From assembly GCA_041490045.1 (NCBI GenBank), contig JBGPSI010000005.1, positions 531-64,530 on the forward strand: DNA of 64,000 nt, in the 5' to 3' direction. Source of the stretch: Bradyrhizobium sp. (lineage in GTDB: Bacteria; Pseudomonadota; Alphaproteobacteria; Rhizobiales; Xanthobacteraceae). The notes under the pieces were generated by a model. The model ran no database searches, was not told the DNA's origin, and worked only from the letters and a program-made list of their open reading frames with translations. A program made the translations under genes and the position numbers. Positions 20,761 to 30,988 of this stretch are shown in pieces; the stretch's first letter is position 1; each line of letters starts with the position of its first letter.

Positions 20761-21489
20761 TTAGTTAACGACCTTCCTGCGCCTGCGCTTTGCCAGCACA
20801 TTGAAGAACTCGACGGCCGCCGAAAACGCGATCGCGAAGTAGATGTAGCCGCGCGGGATATGAAACTTGAATCCGTCGGCCACCAGCGCAACGCCGATCA
20901 GCACCAGGAACGCCAGCGCCAGCATCTTGGTGGTCGGATGCTCCGCTACGAAGCGCGCGACCGGGCCAGCCGATACATACATGACGATAATAGCGATAAT
21001 AACGGCAGCTATCATTATTTCGAGGTCCTGCGCCATGCCGATCGCGGTGATGATGGAATCCAGCGAGAACACCACGTCGATGATGACGATCTGGACGATT
21101 ATCCAGAAAAACGCACTGCCGCCTCCCGCCGCGCCATCGTTCTCTCCGTCTCGCGCTTCCACCTCGCCGTGAATTTCGTGGGTGGCCTTGGCGATCAGGA
21201 ACAGTCCACCGCCGATCAGGATGAGATCGCGCCAGGAAAAGCCGATGCCTCTTACGGTGAGGACGTCCTGCGTCAGCCCGATCAGCCATACCAGCAGGCT
21301 GAGCAGCACAATTCGAAACACCAGCGCCAGCGCGAGGCCAATCTGCCGCGCGCGCTTCGCCTGCCGCTTGGGTATGCGCGAGACGATGACCGACAGGAAA
21401 ATGACGTTGTCGATGCCGAGAACGATTTCCAGCGCCGTCAACGTCAACAAGGCGGCCCAGGCTTCGGGGCTGGTCCACAATTCGATCAT
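20761..21489 (-). CDS. TerC family integral membrane protein
   Basis: LEIVLGIDNVIF, DVVFSLDSIITAIG, IPRGYIYFAIAFS; start at ATG 21489. Confidence 0.9.
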   Translation of the reverse strand: MIELWTSPEAWAALLTLTALEIVLGIDNVIFLSVIVSRIPKRQAKRARQIGLALALVFRIVLLSLLVWLIGLTQDVLTVRGIGFSWRDLILIGGGLFLIAKATHEIHGEVEARDGENDGAAGGGSAFFWIIVQIVIIDVVFSLDSIITAIGMAQDLEIMIAAVIIAIIVMYVSAGPVARFVAEHPTTKMLALAFLVLIGVALVADGFKFHIPRGYIYFAIAFSAAVEFFNVLAKRRRRKVVN

Positions 21490-22220
21490 GCGTGAAACGA
21501 CCTCGCCAGCCGGAGCGCGGCGTCGCTTCCGACCATCCAGGCGGCAATGACGCACAATCCGACGGTGACGGGCAGAGCCACGTCGAAATCGCTTGCCAGC
21601 GTGACAATGGCGAGCACCGCCCAGGCGCCGAGCAGGGAGAGCGTGATGGGACGCAGACGCACGACGCGTATCGGATGAAGCACATGGAACGGAACGAACG
21701 TCAGCACGATCAGAATGGCGATCCCGAGGCTCGATAGCGCCGGCGGCAGGTGCAGCAGGAACAGATAGAACGCCGCCGCATTCCACAATCCCGGAAAGCC
21801 CCGAAAATGATTGTCGGCGGCCTTCATGCGGCGGTCCGCGAAATAGAGCGCTCCCGACACGGCAATACCCATGCCGAGCAGCGGCGCCGCCAGCGGCAGC
21901 AAGAGCCCGCTGGCGGTGATGGCATAGGCCGGCACGAAGACATAGGTGACGAAATCGACCACGAGGTCGAGCACGTCGCCCGACCAGTTCGGCAGCACAC
22001 GCACGACATCGAGCCGCCGGGCGATCGGGCCATCGACGGCGTCGATCACCAGCGCCACCCCCAGCCAGGCAAACATCGCGGACCAGTGCTCGCGCACGGC
22101 CTCGAGCAGCGCGAGCAACGCAATGCCCGCCCCGAGCGCCGTGAGGACGTGCACGGAAAATGCGGCGGCCCGCATTCGCGGCGGTGTAGAGGACGAATCC
22201 TGGCGGTTTATCTGGTCCAT
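21486..22220 (-). CDS. pcs: Phosphatidylcholine synthase
   Basis: VHVLTALG, DAVDGPIARR, GDVLDLVVDFVTYVFVP, FRGFPGLWN. Confidence 0.88.
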   Translation of the reverse strand: MDQINRQDSSSTPPRMRAAAFSVHVLTALGAGIALLALLEAVREHWSAMFAWLGVALVIDAVDGPIARRLDVVRVLPNWSGDVLDLVVDFVTYVFVPAYAITASGLLLPLAAPLLGMGIAVSGALYFADRRMKAADNHFRGFPGLWNAAAFYLFLLHLPPALSSLGIAILIVLTFVPFHVLHPIRVVRLRPITLSLLGAWAVLAIVTLASDFDVALPVTVGLCVIAAWMVGSDAALRLARSFHA

Positions 22221-22354
22221 TTGCCCGGCAGGACTATCAGGAATCGTCCCGGTTTGCACATTCGCGGTTGCGGCGATCCGCCGCGTAAGCCGTTGGAACC
22301 ATGCCGCGCCGATGCGGGCTTGAAAATGCCGCCGGGAACGTCAATTGTTCCGAT

Positions 22355-23554
22355 ATGAACGATACATCAGCCACCTACGATGCCGCCGTGGTTGGCGGCG
22401 GTCCTGCCGGGCTCAGTACCGCGATTGCACTGGCGCAGACGGGCGCGAAGACGGCCCTGATCGCCCGCCGCGCACCCTATGCCGACAATCGCACCACGGC
22501 GCTGTTGGGCGGCTCGGTCGACTTCCTTCAGGCGCTGGATGTGTGGCCGCGCTGCAAGGACAACGCGGCGGCGCTGCAGGCAATGCGCCTGGTCGACGAT
22601 ACCGGCCGGCTGATCCGTGCACCCGAGGTGCGATTTTCGGCCGGCGAGATCGGCCTCGACGAATTCGGCTACAACATCGAAAACCGACTGCTGATGTCGG
22701 CGCTGGAAGAACGCGCCGCCGAGCTTGCCGCATTGACGCGGTTCGACGACAAGGCTGACACGGTCAGCCCCGGCGACGCCGAGGTGACCATCCGCGCGGG
22801 CCACGGAAAATCCATTTCCGCGCGGCTGGTGGCCGGGGCCGATGGCCGGCAATCGCTCTGCCGCGAGGCCGCCGGCATCGCGGTTACGCGCCGCGAACTC
22901 AATCAGGCGGCGCTCACATTCAACGTCAGCCATTCGCGGCCGCATCGAAATATCTCGACCGAGTTCCACACGCCGCGGGGGCCCTGTGTATTCGTGCCGC
23001 TGCCCGGCGACCGCTCCAGCATCGTATGGGTCTCGGCGCCGAAGGAAGCCGAGCGGCTGAAATCGCTTTCCGACGATGAATTGTCGCAAGCCGCCGAAAC
23101 ACAATCGCATTCGATTCTCGGACGCCTCCGGGTCGAACCGGGGCGCCATGTGTTTCCGCTGGCGATCGAACGGCCGAGGCAATTCGCGAAGGCTCGTGTC
23201 GCGCTGGTTGGCGAAGCCGCGCATGTGATCCCGCCGATCGGCGCGCAGGGGCTGAACATGGGGCTGCGCGACGCCGCCGATCTGGCGGACCTCGTGCGCG
23301 ACGCCATGACCTTGGGCGAAGATCCCGGCTCGCCGCAAGCGATGAAACGCTACGATTCGACGCGGCGCGCCGATGTGCTGAGTCGAACCTTCGCCATCGA
23401 TATCGCCAACCGTTCGCTGCTCAGCGATTTTCTGCCGATGCAGTCGCTGCGCGCGGCCGGCCTGCATCTGATCGGTTCGTTCGGACCGCTTCGGCGCATC
23501 GCCATGCGCGAGGGGCTGGCGCCGTCGTGGCGGCCGACGCGGCGGGTTAGCTGA
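22355..23554 (+). CDS. UbiH/UbiF/UbiL-family FAD-dependent hydroxylase
   Basis: VVGGGPAG, GADGRQS, LVGEAAHVIPPIGAQGLNMGLRD. Confidence 0.88.
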   Translation: MNDTSATYDAAVVGGGPAGLSTAIALAQTGAKTALIARRAPYADNRTTALLGGSVDFLQALDVWPRCKDNAAALQAMRLVDDTGRLIRAPEVRFSAGEIGLDEFGYNIENRLLMSALEERAAELAALTRFDDKADTVSPGDAEVTIRAGHGKSISARLVAGADGRQSLCREAAGIAVTRRELNQAALTFNVSHSRPHRNISTEFHTPRGPCVFVPLPGDRSSIVWVSAPKEAERLKSLSDDELSQAAETQSHSILGRLRVEPGRHVFPLAIERPRQFAKARVALVGEAAHVIPPIGAQGLNMGLRDAADLADLVRDAMTLGEDPGSPQAMKRYDSTRRADVLSRTFAIDIANRSLLSDFLPMQSLRAAGLHLIGSFGPLRRIAMREGLAPSWRPTRRVS

Positions 23555-23609
23555 TATTTGACGCGTTTTCCTCAAGCAAACCGGTACCCGCTTTCCTTGA
23601 AAACGCTAT

Positions 23610-24563
23610 TTAAGGAAACACGATCCGGCCGGTTTGCAGCGCCCACATCACGCTGGTGAGCGTGACGACGGAGGCAAAGGTTCCGATCAGCACCGCGACG
23701 GAGGCCGGTTCGATCCAGCTGTCGTTCTGCCGGGCGATCACGAACACGTTCAGCGCCGGCGGCAGCGACGCCATCAACAGCGCGGTCGCCGCCCAGGGCT
23801 GCGCGAACGGCCCCAGCAGCAGCATCAAACCGAACACGACAAGCGGATGGATCAGGAGTTTTATGGCGATGACGCCGGGCACTTCCCAGGGCACCCGGCC
23901 GAACGGGCGCAACGCTACCGTCACGCCGAGGACGAACAGCGCCGTCGGCGCCGCGGCGTTTTGCAGGAACAACACCGTCCTGTCGACCGCGACCGGCAAA
24001 TGAAGGTGCAGAGCCGCGGCAAGCGCTCCGAGGCAAGCCGACATGATCAGCGGATTGAGCACGATCTGGCGCGCCACGACGCCGAGCGTGTGCCACAGCG
24101 ACGGATGCTTGCTGTCGGTGAGCGCGATCAGCAGCGGCACGATCGTGAACAGGAAAATGCTGTCGCAGCAGAAGATCAGCGCGGTGGGTGCCGCAGCCTT
24201 GGAGCCGAGTACGGCCAGCGCCAGACCGGGACCCATATAACCGATATTGCCGTAGGCTCCGGACAGGCCCGCGAGCGTCGCCTCGCGCAACGGCAGGCCG
24301 CCCATCAAGCGGCCCGTGAACAGCGCGAGGAAAAAGGCGGTGGTCGTGCCCAGCGTCGTCGCGATCAGGAACGGCGGATTGTTGAGTTCCTCAAACGGCG
24401 TCTTCGACATGATGCCGAACAACAGGGCCGGCAGCGAAACGTAGAGCAGGAAGAAATTCATCCAGGCGAGGCCCTGCTCCGGCAGGCCCTTGGCCTTGCC
24501 GCAGGCGAAGCCGATGAAGATCAGGCCGAAATACGGTAATGCCAGATTGAGGATATCGACCAT
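23610..24563 (-). CDS. AEC (auxin efflux carrier) family transporter
   Basis: Many TM segments; YGNIGYMG, NPLI, KLLIHP, LPPALNVF. Confidence 0.85.
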   Translation of the reverse strand: MVDILNLALPYFGLIFIGFACGKAKGLPEQGLAWMNFFLLYVSLPALLFGIMSKTPFEELNNPPFLIATTLGTTTAFFLALFTGRLMGGLPLREATLAGLSGAYGNIGYMGPGLALAVLGSKAAAPTALIFCCDSIFLFTIVPLLIALTDSKHPSLWHTLGVVARQIVLNPLIMSACLGALAAALHLHLPVAVDRTVLFLQNAAAPTALFVLGVTVALRPFGRVPWEVPGVIAIKLLIHPLVVFGLMLLLGPFAQPWAATALLMASLPPALNVFVIARQNDSWIEPASVAVLIGTFASVVTLTSVMWALQTGRIVFP

Positions 24564-24684
24564 GGAGAAGCGTCTTTTTCATCGTTATGGCCCCGATCGG
24601 CGCGTGGAACGGACCAGCCAGGCAAAGGTTAATTCGCCGCTTTGCCTCTAGCATCGGCCACAATCATGGTCTATTCGACGAGGC

Positions 24685-25017
24685 ATGATAAAAGCGCGGA
24701 CCGCCAAGTTTCAGATCGGACAGATCGTCCGGCACCGGATATTTTCCTTCCGGGGCGTGATCTTCGATATCGATCCGGAATTCAACAATACCGAGGAATG
24801 GTGGCTGTCGATTCCAGAGGACGTCCGGCCCCACAAGGATCAGCCGTTCTATCATTTGCTCGCCGAAAATTCGGATTCGGAATATGTCGCCTACGTCTCC
24901 GAGCAGAATCTCCTGCCTGACGATTCCGGCGAGCCGATCCGGCATTCGCAGGTCGCCGAGATTTTCGTCAAGGACAAATCGGGCGGCTACCGCCCGCGCA
25001 ATGCCTCGCTGAATTGA
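24685..25017 (+). CDS. hspQ: Heat shock protein HspQ
   Basis: AKFQIGQIVRHR..FRGVIFDIDP, QPFYHLLAE, YVSEQNL. Confidence 0.92.
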   Translation: MIKARTAKFQIGQIVRHRIFSFRGVIFDIDPEFNNTEEWWLSIPEDVRPHKDQPFYHLLAENSDSEYVAYVSEQNLLPDDSGEPIRHSQVAEIFVKDKSGGYRPRNASLN

Positions 25018-25071
25018 GCGTCGTCCAGGGCTCGCAGCCCGGATGAAAGCGCAACAAAGATGAATCGCAAC

Positions 25072-25101
25072 AAAAAAGGCGCCCGATCCGGGCGCCTTTT
25101 T
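25072..25101. terminator. Bidirectional intrinsic terminator
   Basis: AAAAAAGGCGCCCG-ATC-CGGGCGCCTTTTT between convergent hspQ and ialB. Confidence 0.88.
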
Positions 25102-25129
25102 CGTTGATCGAGTGCGGGCGGCGCGCCTG

Positions 25130-25939
25130 TTACTTCGCAGCCGGATTGGCCGCCGCAGCACCGGGCTGATTAGCCTCGAGCTTCTTGCGCGCCTCTTCGG
25201 CGCGCTTCTGCAACTCTTCCTGAAGCTTCTTCTGGGTCTCCTCGAAGACCTTCGGATCGGTCGGGGGACCGTCATAGGCCTTGGCGAATTCGGCCAGCGG
25301 CAGCGGCAGCGTCAGCGGCGCGCCGTTGGAGTTGATGGCCTGCACCACCAGGTTCTGGCCCTTCTTCATGTTGGCGAGCAGTTCCGGGGTCACCTCGTAG
25401 TCCGACATGCAGCCATTGGCGAAGCAGATCACATACGGGCTCTGCATCGGCGGGTTGTTGTCGACGATGACGCGGGTGCCGTGAACCAGTTGCATGCCGA
25501 GCGGCAGCGTGACGCGCAGGATCTTCTTAGGCTCGCCTTCCGGTTCGATGATCACGGCTGCGATGACGGGCTGGCCGGACTCGATACGGCCATCCTTGCC
25601 GGTGAAGCAGACCTGCTTGGCGTTGGCATCCTGGCCCTTCAGGCAGAATTTGGTCCAGGGCGCGTAGATCAGCTGAACCTGCTGGTCCGGGGGCTGGGCA
25701 CCCGCGGCAGGGGCTCCGGCGGCCGGCGGCGCCTGCTGCGCGGTCGGCGCGGGCGCTGCAGGGGCGGCTTTCGGTGCAGCCTTGGGGGCCGCCTTTGCTT
25801 TCGGCGCGCCAGGGGCCGGAGCGGGTGTTTGCGCTTGGGCGCCGGGAGCCAGCAAGGTGGCGGTCAGTGCCGTTGCTGCCAACAGGGCCAAAACCCGCCC
25901 ACGCGGCCGAACCGACGCGGCCAAGATACGGAAATTCAT
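25130..25939 (-). CDS. Invasion-associated locus B (IalB) family protein
   Basis: Signal peptide, Pro/Ala linker, PWTKFC...VTLPLGMQL..G...YVICFANGC. Confidence 0.85.
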   Translation of the reverse strand: MNFRILAASVRPRGRVLALLAATALTATLLAPGAQAQTPAPAPGAPKAKAAPKAAPKAAPAAPAPTAQQAPPAAGAPAAGAQPPDQQVQLIYAPWTKFCLKGQDANAKQVCFTGKDGRIESGQPVIAAVIIEPEGEPKKILRVTLPLGMQLVHGTRVIVDNNPPMQSPYVICFANGCMSDYEVTPELLANMKKGQNLVVQAINSNGAPLTLPLPLAEFAKAYDGPPTDPKVFEETQKKLQEELQKRAEEARKKLEANQPGAAAANPAAK

Positions 25940-26171
25940 TGCGGAAAACCCTTTCTGAACGGGAGCGCCCTAAACCGTTTTTAGGCACCGACACCTAGGC
26001 CGCTTGGGCGGCTGTCTCCTTGCCAAATAAGGCGGATACGTGACAGTTCCAGCGGTCTCGGCCAATGGCACGCCTTCTTACAGCGGCAGGCGAAAAGATC
26101 AATGCCGCCAAGCATATTTCATATTTGACGGATGCCGGGCCGGACGCGGGCGGCTATGCTAAAATTCATCC

Positions 26172-28037
26172 GTGAGCAACGCCGAATCAAACCAGCGTAC
26201 CGCGTGGCGAGTTGCAATCCGCACATGCGTGCGGGCTCTTGTCGGCGGCATCCTGGCGTTCGGCTTCGCGCTGGCGTTGAGCCCCGGCAAGGTACTGGCG
26301 GAAGAGAGTTACGCCATCGCCATGCACGGCGCGCCCGCGCTGCCGGCCGACTTCGCCCACATGCCCTATGCCAATCCCGGTGCGCCCAAGGGCGGCCGGC
26401 TGGTGCAGGGCATTCTCGGCACGTTCGACAGCCTCAATCCCCTGATCGTGAGGGGCCTCGCCGTACAGCAGATCAGGGGTTTTGTCGTCGAGAGCCTGAT
26501 GGCGCGCAGCAACGACGAGGCTTTCACCCTCTACGGCCTGCTGGCCAGGAGCGTGGAGACGGATGACGCCAGAAGCTACGTTACGTTTCGCCTCGATTCC
26601 CGGGCACGCTTCTCCGACGGGCAACCGGTGACCGCCGATGACGTGGTGTTCTCCTGGGCCTTGCTGCGCGATCACGGCCGTCCCAACCATCGCCAGTATT
26701 ATTCCAAAGTCGTAAAGGCCGACGCGATCGACCCGCTCACGGTCAGGTTCGACTTCGGAACGGCCGGCGATCGCGAACTCCCGCTGATCCTCGGCCTGAT
26801 GCCGGTCTTGCCCAAGCATGCCGTCGATGTCGCGACCTTCGAAGACACCACGATGACGGCACCGGTCGGCTCCGGCCCCTACCGCGTCAGCGCGGTGAAG
26901 CCTGGCGCGAGTGTAACGCTGACGCGCAATCCCGACTATTGGGGCCGCGACCTGCCGGTCAATCGCGGCCTGTGGAACTTCGACGAGATCCGGCTCGATT
27001 TCTATCGCGAGGCGAACGGCCATTTCGAAGCGTTCAAACGCGGCCTCTATGATTTCCGGGTCGAAACCGAACCGCTGCGCTGGCATGACGGCTATGATTT
27101 TCCGGCCGCCCGCGACGGCGAAGTGATCCGCGATACCATCAAGACCGGAATGCCGCAGCCGTCGGAATTCCTGGTGTTCAACACCCGCCGTCCGATGTTT
27201 TCCGATGTCCGCGTGCGCCAGGCGCTGACGCAGCTGTTCGATTTCGAATGGATCAACCAGAACTACTTCTTCGGGCTCTACGGTCGCTCGGCGAGCTACT
27301 TTGCGGGCTCCGAATTGTCGGCCTATGGCCGGCCCGCCGACGATCGCGAGCGCGAGTTGCTGAAGCCTTACGCATCGCACCTGCGCGCGGATATTCTCGA
27401 CGGCAGTTACCGCCTTCCCGTCAGCGACGGCTCGGGGCGCGACCGCGCCACGCTGCGCCGCGCGCTGACGCTGTTATCGCAGGCCGGCTACGATCTCGAC
27501 GGCACGGTGCTGCGGCAGCGTGCGACCAAAATCCCCCTCAGCTTCGAGATCCTGGTGACGACACGCGACCAGGAACGGATCGCGCTGGCATATCTGCGCG
27601 ATCTGAAACGCGCCGGCATCGAGGCCACGGTGCGCGCGGTCGACCCGGTTCAATTCGACCAGCGCCGGCTCGGCTTCGACTTCGACATGATTCAGAACCG
27701 CTGGGATCAATCGCTGTCGCCGGGCAACGAGCAGTCCTTCTACTGGGGCAGCGAGGCCGCCGGCATCCAGGGCACGAGAAACTACATGGGGACAAAGGAC
27801 CCCGCCATCGACGCCATGATCGCGGCCATTCTCGAGGCGCGGGAGCATCCCGCCTTCGTCTCGGCGGTCCGGGCGCTTGACCGGGCCCTGATGTCCGGCT
27901 TCTACGCTATCCCTGTGTTTAACGTTCAGGAGCAATGGATCGCTCGGTGGAATATGGTAGAACAGCCCAAGGCTGTCGCTTTGACCGGCTATCTCCCGGA
28001 AACCTGGTGGCGGAGGCCGGAGCGGCAACCGAAGTGA
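26172..28037 (+). CDS. Family-5 extracellular solute-binding protein (YejA-like), orphan
   Basis: AIAMHGAP, YANPGAPKGG, GTFDSLNP, GSGPY, SLSPGNEQ..YWGS. Confidence 0.88.
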   Translation: MSNAESNQRTAWRVAIRTCVRALVGGILAFGFALALSPGKVLAEESYAIAMHGAPALPADFAHMPYANPGAPKGGRLVQGILGTFDSLNPLIVRGLAVQQIRGFVVESLMARSNDEAFTLYGLLARSVETDDARSYVTFRLDSRARFSDGQPVTADDVVFSWALLRDHGRPNHRQYYSKVVKADAIDPLTVRFDFGTAGDRELPLILGLMPVLPKHAVDVATFEDTTMTAPVGSGPYRVSAVKPGASVTLTRNPDYWGRDLPVNRGLWNFDEIRLDFYREANGHFEAFKRGLYDFRVETEPLRWHDGYDFPAARDGEVIRDTIKTGMPQPSEFLVFNTRRPMFSDVRVRQALTQLFDFEWINQNYFFGLYGRSASYFAGSELSAYGRPADDRERELLKPYASHLRADILDGSYRLPVSDGSGRDRATLRRALTLLSQAGYDLDGTVLRQRATKIPLSFEILVTTRDQERIALAYLRDLKRAGIEATVRAVDPVQFDQRRLGFDFDMIQNRWDQSLSPGNEQSFYWGSEAAGIQGTRNYMGTKDPAIDAMIAAILEAREHPAFVSAVRALDRALMSGFYAIPVFNVQEQWIARWNMVEQPKAVALTGYLPETWWRRPERQPK

Positions 28038-28041
28038 TTCC

Positions 28042-29544
28042 GTGATCCAGAACACCATATCTCCGACGCTTGATGTATTGTTTCGGCGGATCCGGGCGCG
28101 AAAGCCGGACGGGCTGGCGCTGCTCGATCCCCTCAACAAGGCGCGCGTCACAGGGCAGCCGGCAAAGCGCCTGACGTTTGCCGGGGCCGACCGGGCGATC
28201 TCGGCGATCGCGGCGCACTTCATCGAGGCGGGCCTGCCGAACAATTCCGTGATCGCGGTTCAGCTGCCGAACACGGTCGAACTCGCGCTGACGGTGCTTG
28301 CCGCGCACCGCGCGGGCCTCGTTGTCGCGCTGTTTCCGTTGCTGTGGCGGCAGGCCGAGTTGACGGTCGCCCTCAATCGCACCGGGGCGCGTGCGATTGT
28401 GACGTCAAGCAAGATCGACGGTGTCAGTCACGCCGATCTCGCGATGAACGCCGCCGCCGAAGCGTTTTCGATCCGCCATGTCTGCGGCTTCGGCACCGAG
28501 CTGCCCGAAGGCATGGCCTCGCTCGACATGGCCATCGAAAATCAATCCACCACCACCCGTCCCGTCGTGGAGGACGGCCGCAAGGCGGCGATCATTTCGT
28601 TCGACGTGACGGCTGACGGCTTCCGTCCGGTGCCGCGAACGCATCTGCATCTCATGGCCGGCGCGCTGGCCCTGTCGCTCGAAAGCGACCTGCCGCAAGG
28701 CGCGACGTTGATGTCGGCGTTCGCGCCGACCTCGTTCGCGGGGCTGGCATCCTCGCTGGCGATCTGGCTGCTGACGGGGGGAACGCTGGCGCTGCATCAT
28801 CCGTTCGACGGCGAGGTGCTCGAGCAGCAGATCAACGAGCAATTCTGCGATACGCTGATTGCGCCGGCGCAACTGGCGATGCGACTGGGCGAAACCGACA
28901 TGGTTTCGCGGCTGCCGACCTTGCGCAATGTGATTGGCCTTTGGCGTGCGCCGGAACAGGTCGCGTCGAGCCCGGTCTGGACGGAAGAGAAAGCTGCCAT
29001 GACGGATATCTATCTGTTCGGTGAAGCCGGTCTGTTCGGCGCCCGCCGCAAGGGCGACGGCGCGCCGGCGCCGATCATGCCGGGAGCGCAGGGCGCGCCG
29101 CGCGAGGCCCTGGGCTCGTCGATCGCGGGTGAAATCTTTCTGACGCCCAGGGGAACGCTGGCATTGCGTGGACCGATGGTGACGCCTGCGGCCTACGCCC
29201 CTCCCCGGCCGCCGAGCGACTCGCTGGTGGCGGAGCCGCCGCGAGATTTCGTCGATACCGAATATGCGGCGCGGATCGATCGTTCGACGGGCGCCATCTG
29301 CATCACCGCGCCGCCCTCGGGCATCATGGCAGTCGGCGGCTACCGGTTCCTGTCACAGGACCTGCAGGAATGGGCGCGAAGGCTCGGACAGGGTGCGCTG
29401 TTGACGGCATTGCCCGACCGCCTCAGCGGCCACAGGTTGGCCGGGCGCGCCCAGGACAACGCCCGCGCCCGCGATGCGCTGAGCGAACTCGGCCTTAACC
29501 CACTGATGGTGGAAGCCTTTCGCGAGCGGACCGGCCAGACCTAA
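28042..29544 (+). CDS. AMP-binding (ANL-fold) protein with degenerate adenylation motifs
   Basis: VIAVQLPNTVE...AGLVV N-domain; A3 loop reads SFDVTADGFRPVPRTH. Confidence 0.75.
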   Translation: MIQNTISPTLDVLFRRIRARKPDGLALLDPLNKARVTGQPAKRLTFAGADRAISAIAAHFIEAGLPNNSVIAVQLPNTVELALTVLAAHRAGLVVALFPLLWRQAELTVALNRTGARAIVTSSKIDGVSHADLAMNAAAEAFSIRHVCGFGTELPEGMASLDMAIENQSTTTRPVVEDGRKAAIISFDVTADGFRPVPRTHLHLMAGALALSLESDLPQGATLMSAFAPTSFAGLASSLAIWLLTGGTLALHHPFDGEVLEQQINEQFCDTLIAPAQLAMRLGETDMVSRLPTLRNVIGLWRAPEQVASSPVWTEEKAAMTDIYLFGEAGLFGARRKGDGAPAPIMPGAQGAPREALGSSIAGEIFLTPRGTLALRGPMVTPAAYAPPRPPSDSLVAEPPRDFVDTEYAARIDRSTGAICITAPPSGIMAVGGYRFLSQDLQEWARRLGQGALLTALPDRLSGHRLAGRAQDNARARDALSELGLNPLMVEAFRERTGQT

Positions 29545-29563
29545 TTCAAGTCGAAGTTTCGCG

Positions 29564-29578
29564 TTGACACACCATTAA
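29564..29578 (+). promoter_or_regulatory. Putative CtrA box overlapping a -35 element
   Basis: TTGA-CACACCA-TTAA versus consensus TTAA-N7-TTAA, about 55 bp before ORF 29634. Confidence 0.45.
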
Positions 29579-29633
29579 GGCCGGCAAACTAGGATCCCGC
29601 GCTGCATTCGATAGCGTCGATCCGAGTTTCCAG

Positions 29634-30866
29634 ATGTCCCAGCAAGGCCCGATCATTGTCGTATCGCGTGCGAAGCGGCCGCCCTTTGCCGGCGCGCTAG
29701 ACGATGCCAAGCTGTTTCCGGTCATCGACACCAGTTGGGCCGACGCCTCACGCGCGGTGGCGCAAACGGCGCCGGCCGCGGTTCTCGTCGCTTCATCCGA
29801 AGCCGCCGAGCCCGGCCTCGATGCGCTCGCCAAACAGGTCGCCGCGACAAAACCCTACCTTCCGCTGATTGCCGTCGATCCCACAGCGGCGCTGCCGACA
29901 AACGCCATCCCTTTCACGCAAAGCGGCGGCAATTTCGATCGCCTGCTGGCGCGGCTGCGCGCCGCACTGCGGGTGAGGACGTTGCATTCGACGGTGCTGC
30001 GCCGGCTGGATAGCGATCCGGCCGCGCGCGCGGCACTTGACGATACCGATCCCGCGCGCGACGCCACCGTACTCCTGATCGGCCGCGGCGCGGGCTACCC
30101 GTCGCTGTCGGTCGCGCTCGGCGAGCGAATGGGCGTGGTCGGCGCGCTCTCGCTCGAAGCGGCGGCGAAACACCTCAACGTCCGCGACATCGACGGCATC
30201 GTGCTCGGCGAAGGGTTCACTCCCCGTGTGGAGGATGCGTTCCTCACCGTGCTGGCCGAAGACGCACGCTTTCGCAACCTGCCGGTGGTGCTGACGTCGG
30301 GTGCCCTGGCGCCGGCGTATGACCTGCCGAACCTCGAAATCATCTCCGGCGAGTCCACGGTTGTCGCCGCCAATGCGCTTCCCCTGATCCGCCAGCACGC
30401 TTTCGAGACCCATCTCGGCCGCCTGCTCAAATCGATCGAGGCCGGTGGCCTCCTCGATTCCCGAACCGGGCTGCTGGCACCGGCCGCGTTCAAGCTCGAT
30501 TTTGTCACCGCGGTTTCCCAGACGCTGTCGCATGGCGGCGGTTTGTCGGTGGCGCGCTTCGCCTTCGATCCGGGCCACCCGCGCGCGCAACTCGACGGCG
30601 CGCGGATCCTCAGCCGCCTGATGCGGAAAATGGATTTTGGCATGGCCCAGAATGACGGCTCCGTCATCGTGGTGTTCACCGAAGCCGACCTGCGCACGGC
30701 GCACGCGATCTCGCGGCGCCTCACCAGCGTGATGCGCCATACCAGCCATGGCAAGCGCGACGTGCGGTCGGAGCCGACCGTGACGGTCGCGACGCTGTTG
30801 CCATCGGACACCGCAAAATCGCTGCTGGCGCGGCTCACCGAGGAAGCCCGCCGCGCGGCGTCGTGA
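29634..30866 (+). CDS. PleD/PopA-like protein: pseudo-receiver domains plus degenerate GGDEF
   Basis: LLARLRAALR linker, DSRTGLL, RKMD I-site with no GGDEF signature. Confidence 0.7.
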   Translation: MSQQGPIIVVSRAKRPPFAGALDDAKLFPVIDTSWADASRAVAQTAPAAVLVASSEAAEPGLDALAKQVAATKPYLPLIAVDPTAALPTNAIPFTQSGGNFDRLLARLRAALRVRTLHSTVLRRLDSDPAARAALDDTDPARDATVLLIGRGAGYPSLSVALGERMGVVGALSLEAAAKHLNVRDIDGIVLGEGFTPRVEDAFLTVLAEDARFRNLPVVLTSGALAPAYDLPNLEIISGESTVVAANALPLIRQHAFETHLGRLLKSIEAGGLLDSRTGLLAPAAFKLDFVTAVSQTLSHGGGLSVARFAFDPGHPRAQLDGARILSRLMRKMDFGMAQNDGSVIVVFTEADLRTAHAISRRLTSVMRHTSHGKRDVRSEPTVTVATLLPSDTAKSLLARLTEEARRAAS

Positions 30867-30896
30867 AGTCAGCGCGAGTTGCGGAATAATTGTCCC

Positions 30897-30979
30897 CGTC
30901 ATTGCGAGGAGCGCAGCGACGAAGCAATCCATCCTTCCTTTGCGGCTCGATTGATTGCTTCGCTGCGCTCGCAATGACG
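30897..30979. repeat. CGTC-tagged REP-like palindromic repeat
   Basis: CGTCATTGCGAGGAGCGCAGCGACGAAGCAATC...GATTGCTTCGCTGCGCTCGCAATGACG; second copy at 34942. Confidence 0.88.
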
Positions 30980-30988
30980 AGGATAAGG

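Noticed and set aside
20110-21495. Long opposite-strand ORFs (also 13427-14692, 33209-34477, 48603-50237, 58205-59590)
   Set aside because: Antisense shadows of well-supported genes, expected in high-GC DNA
25030-25070. GCAGCCCGGATGAAAGCG, a possible degenerate GTAG-type REP
   Set aside because: Too short and degenerate, with no second copy in the window
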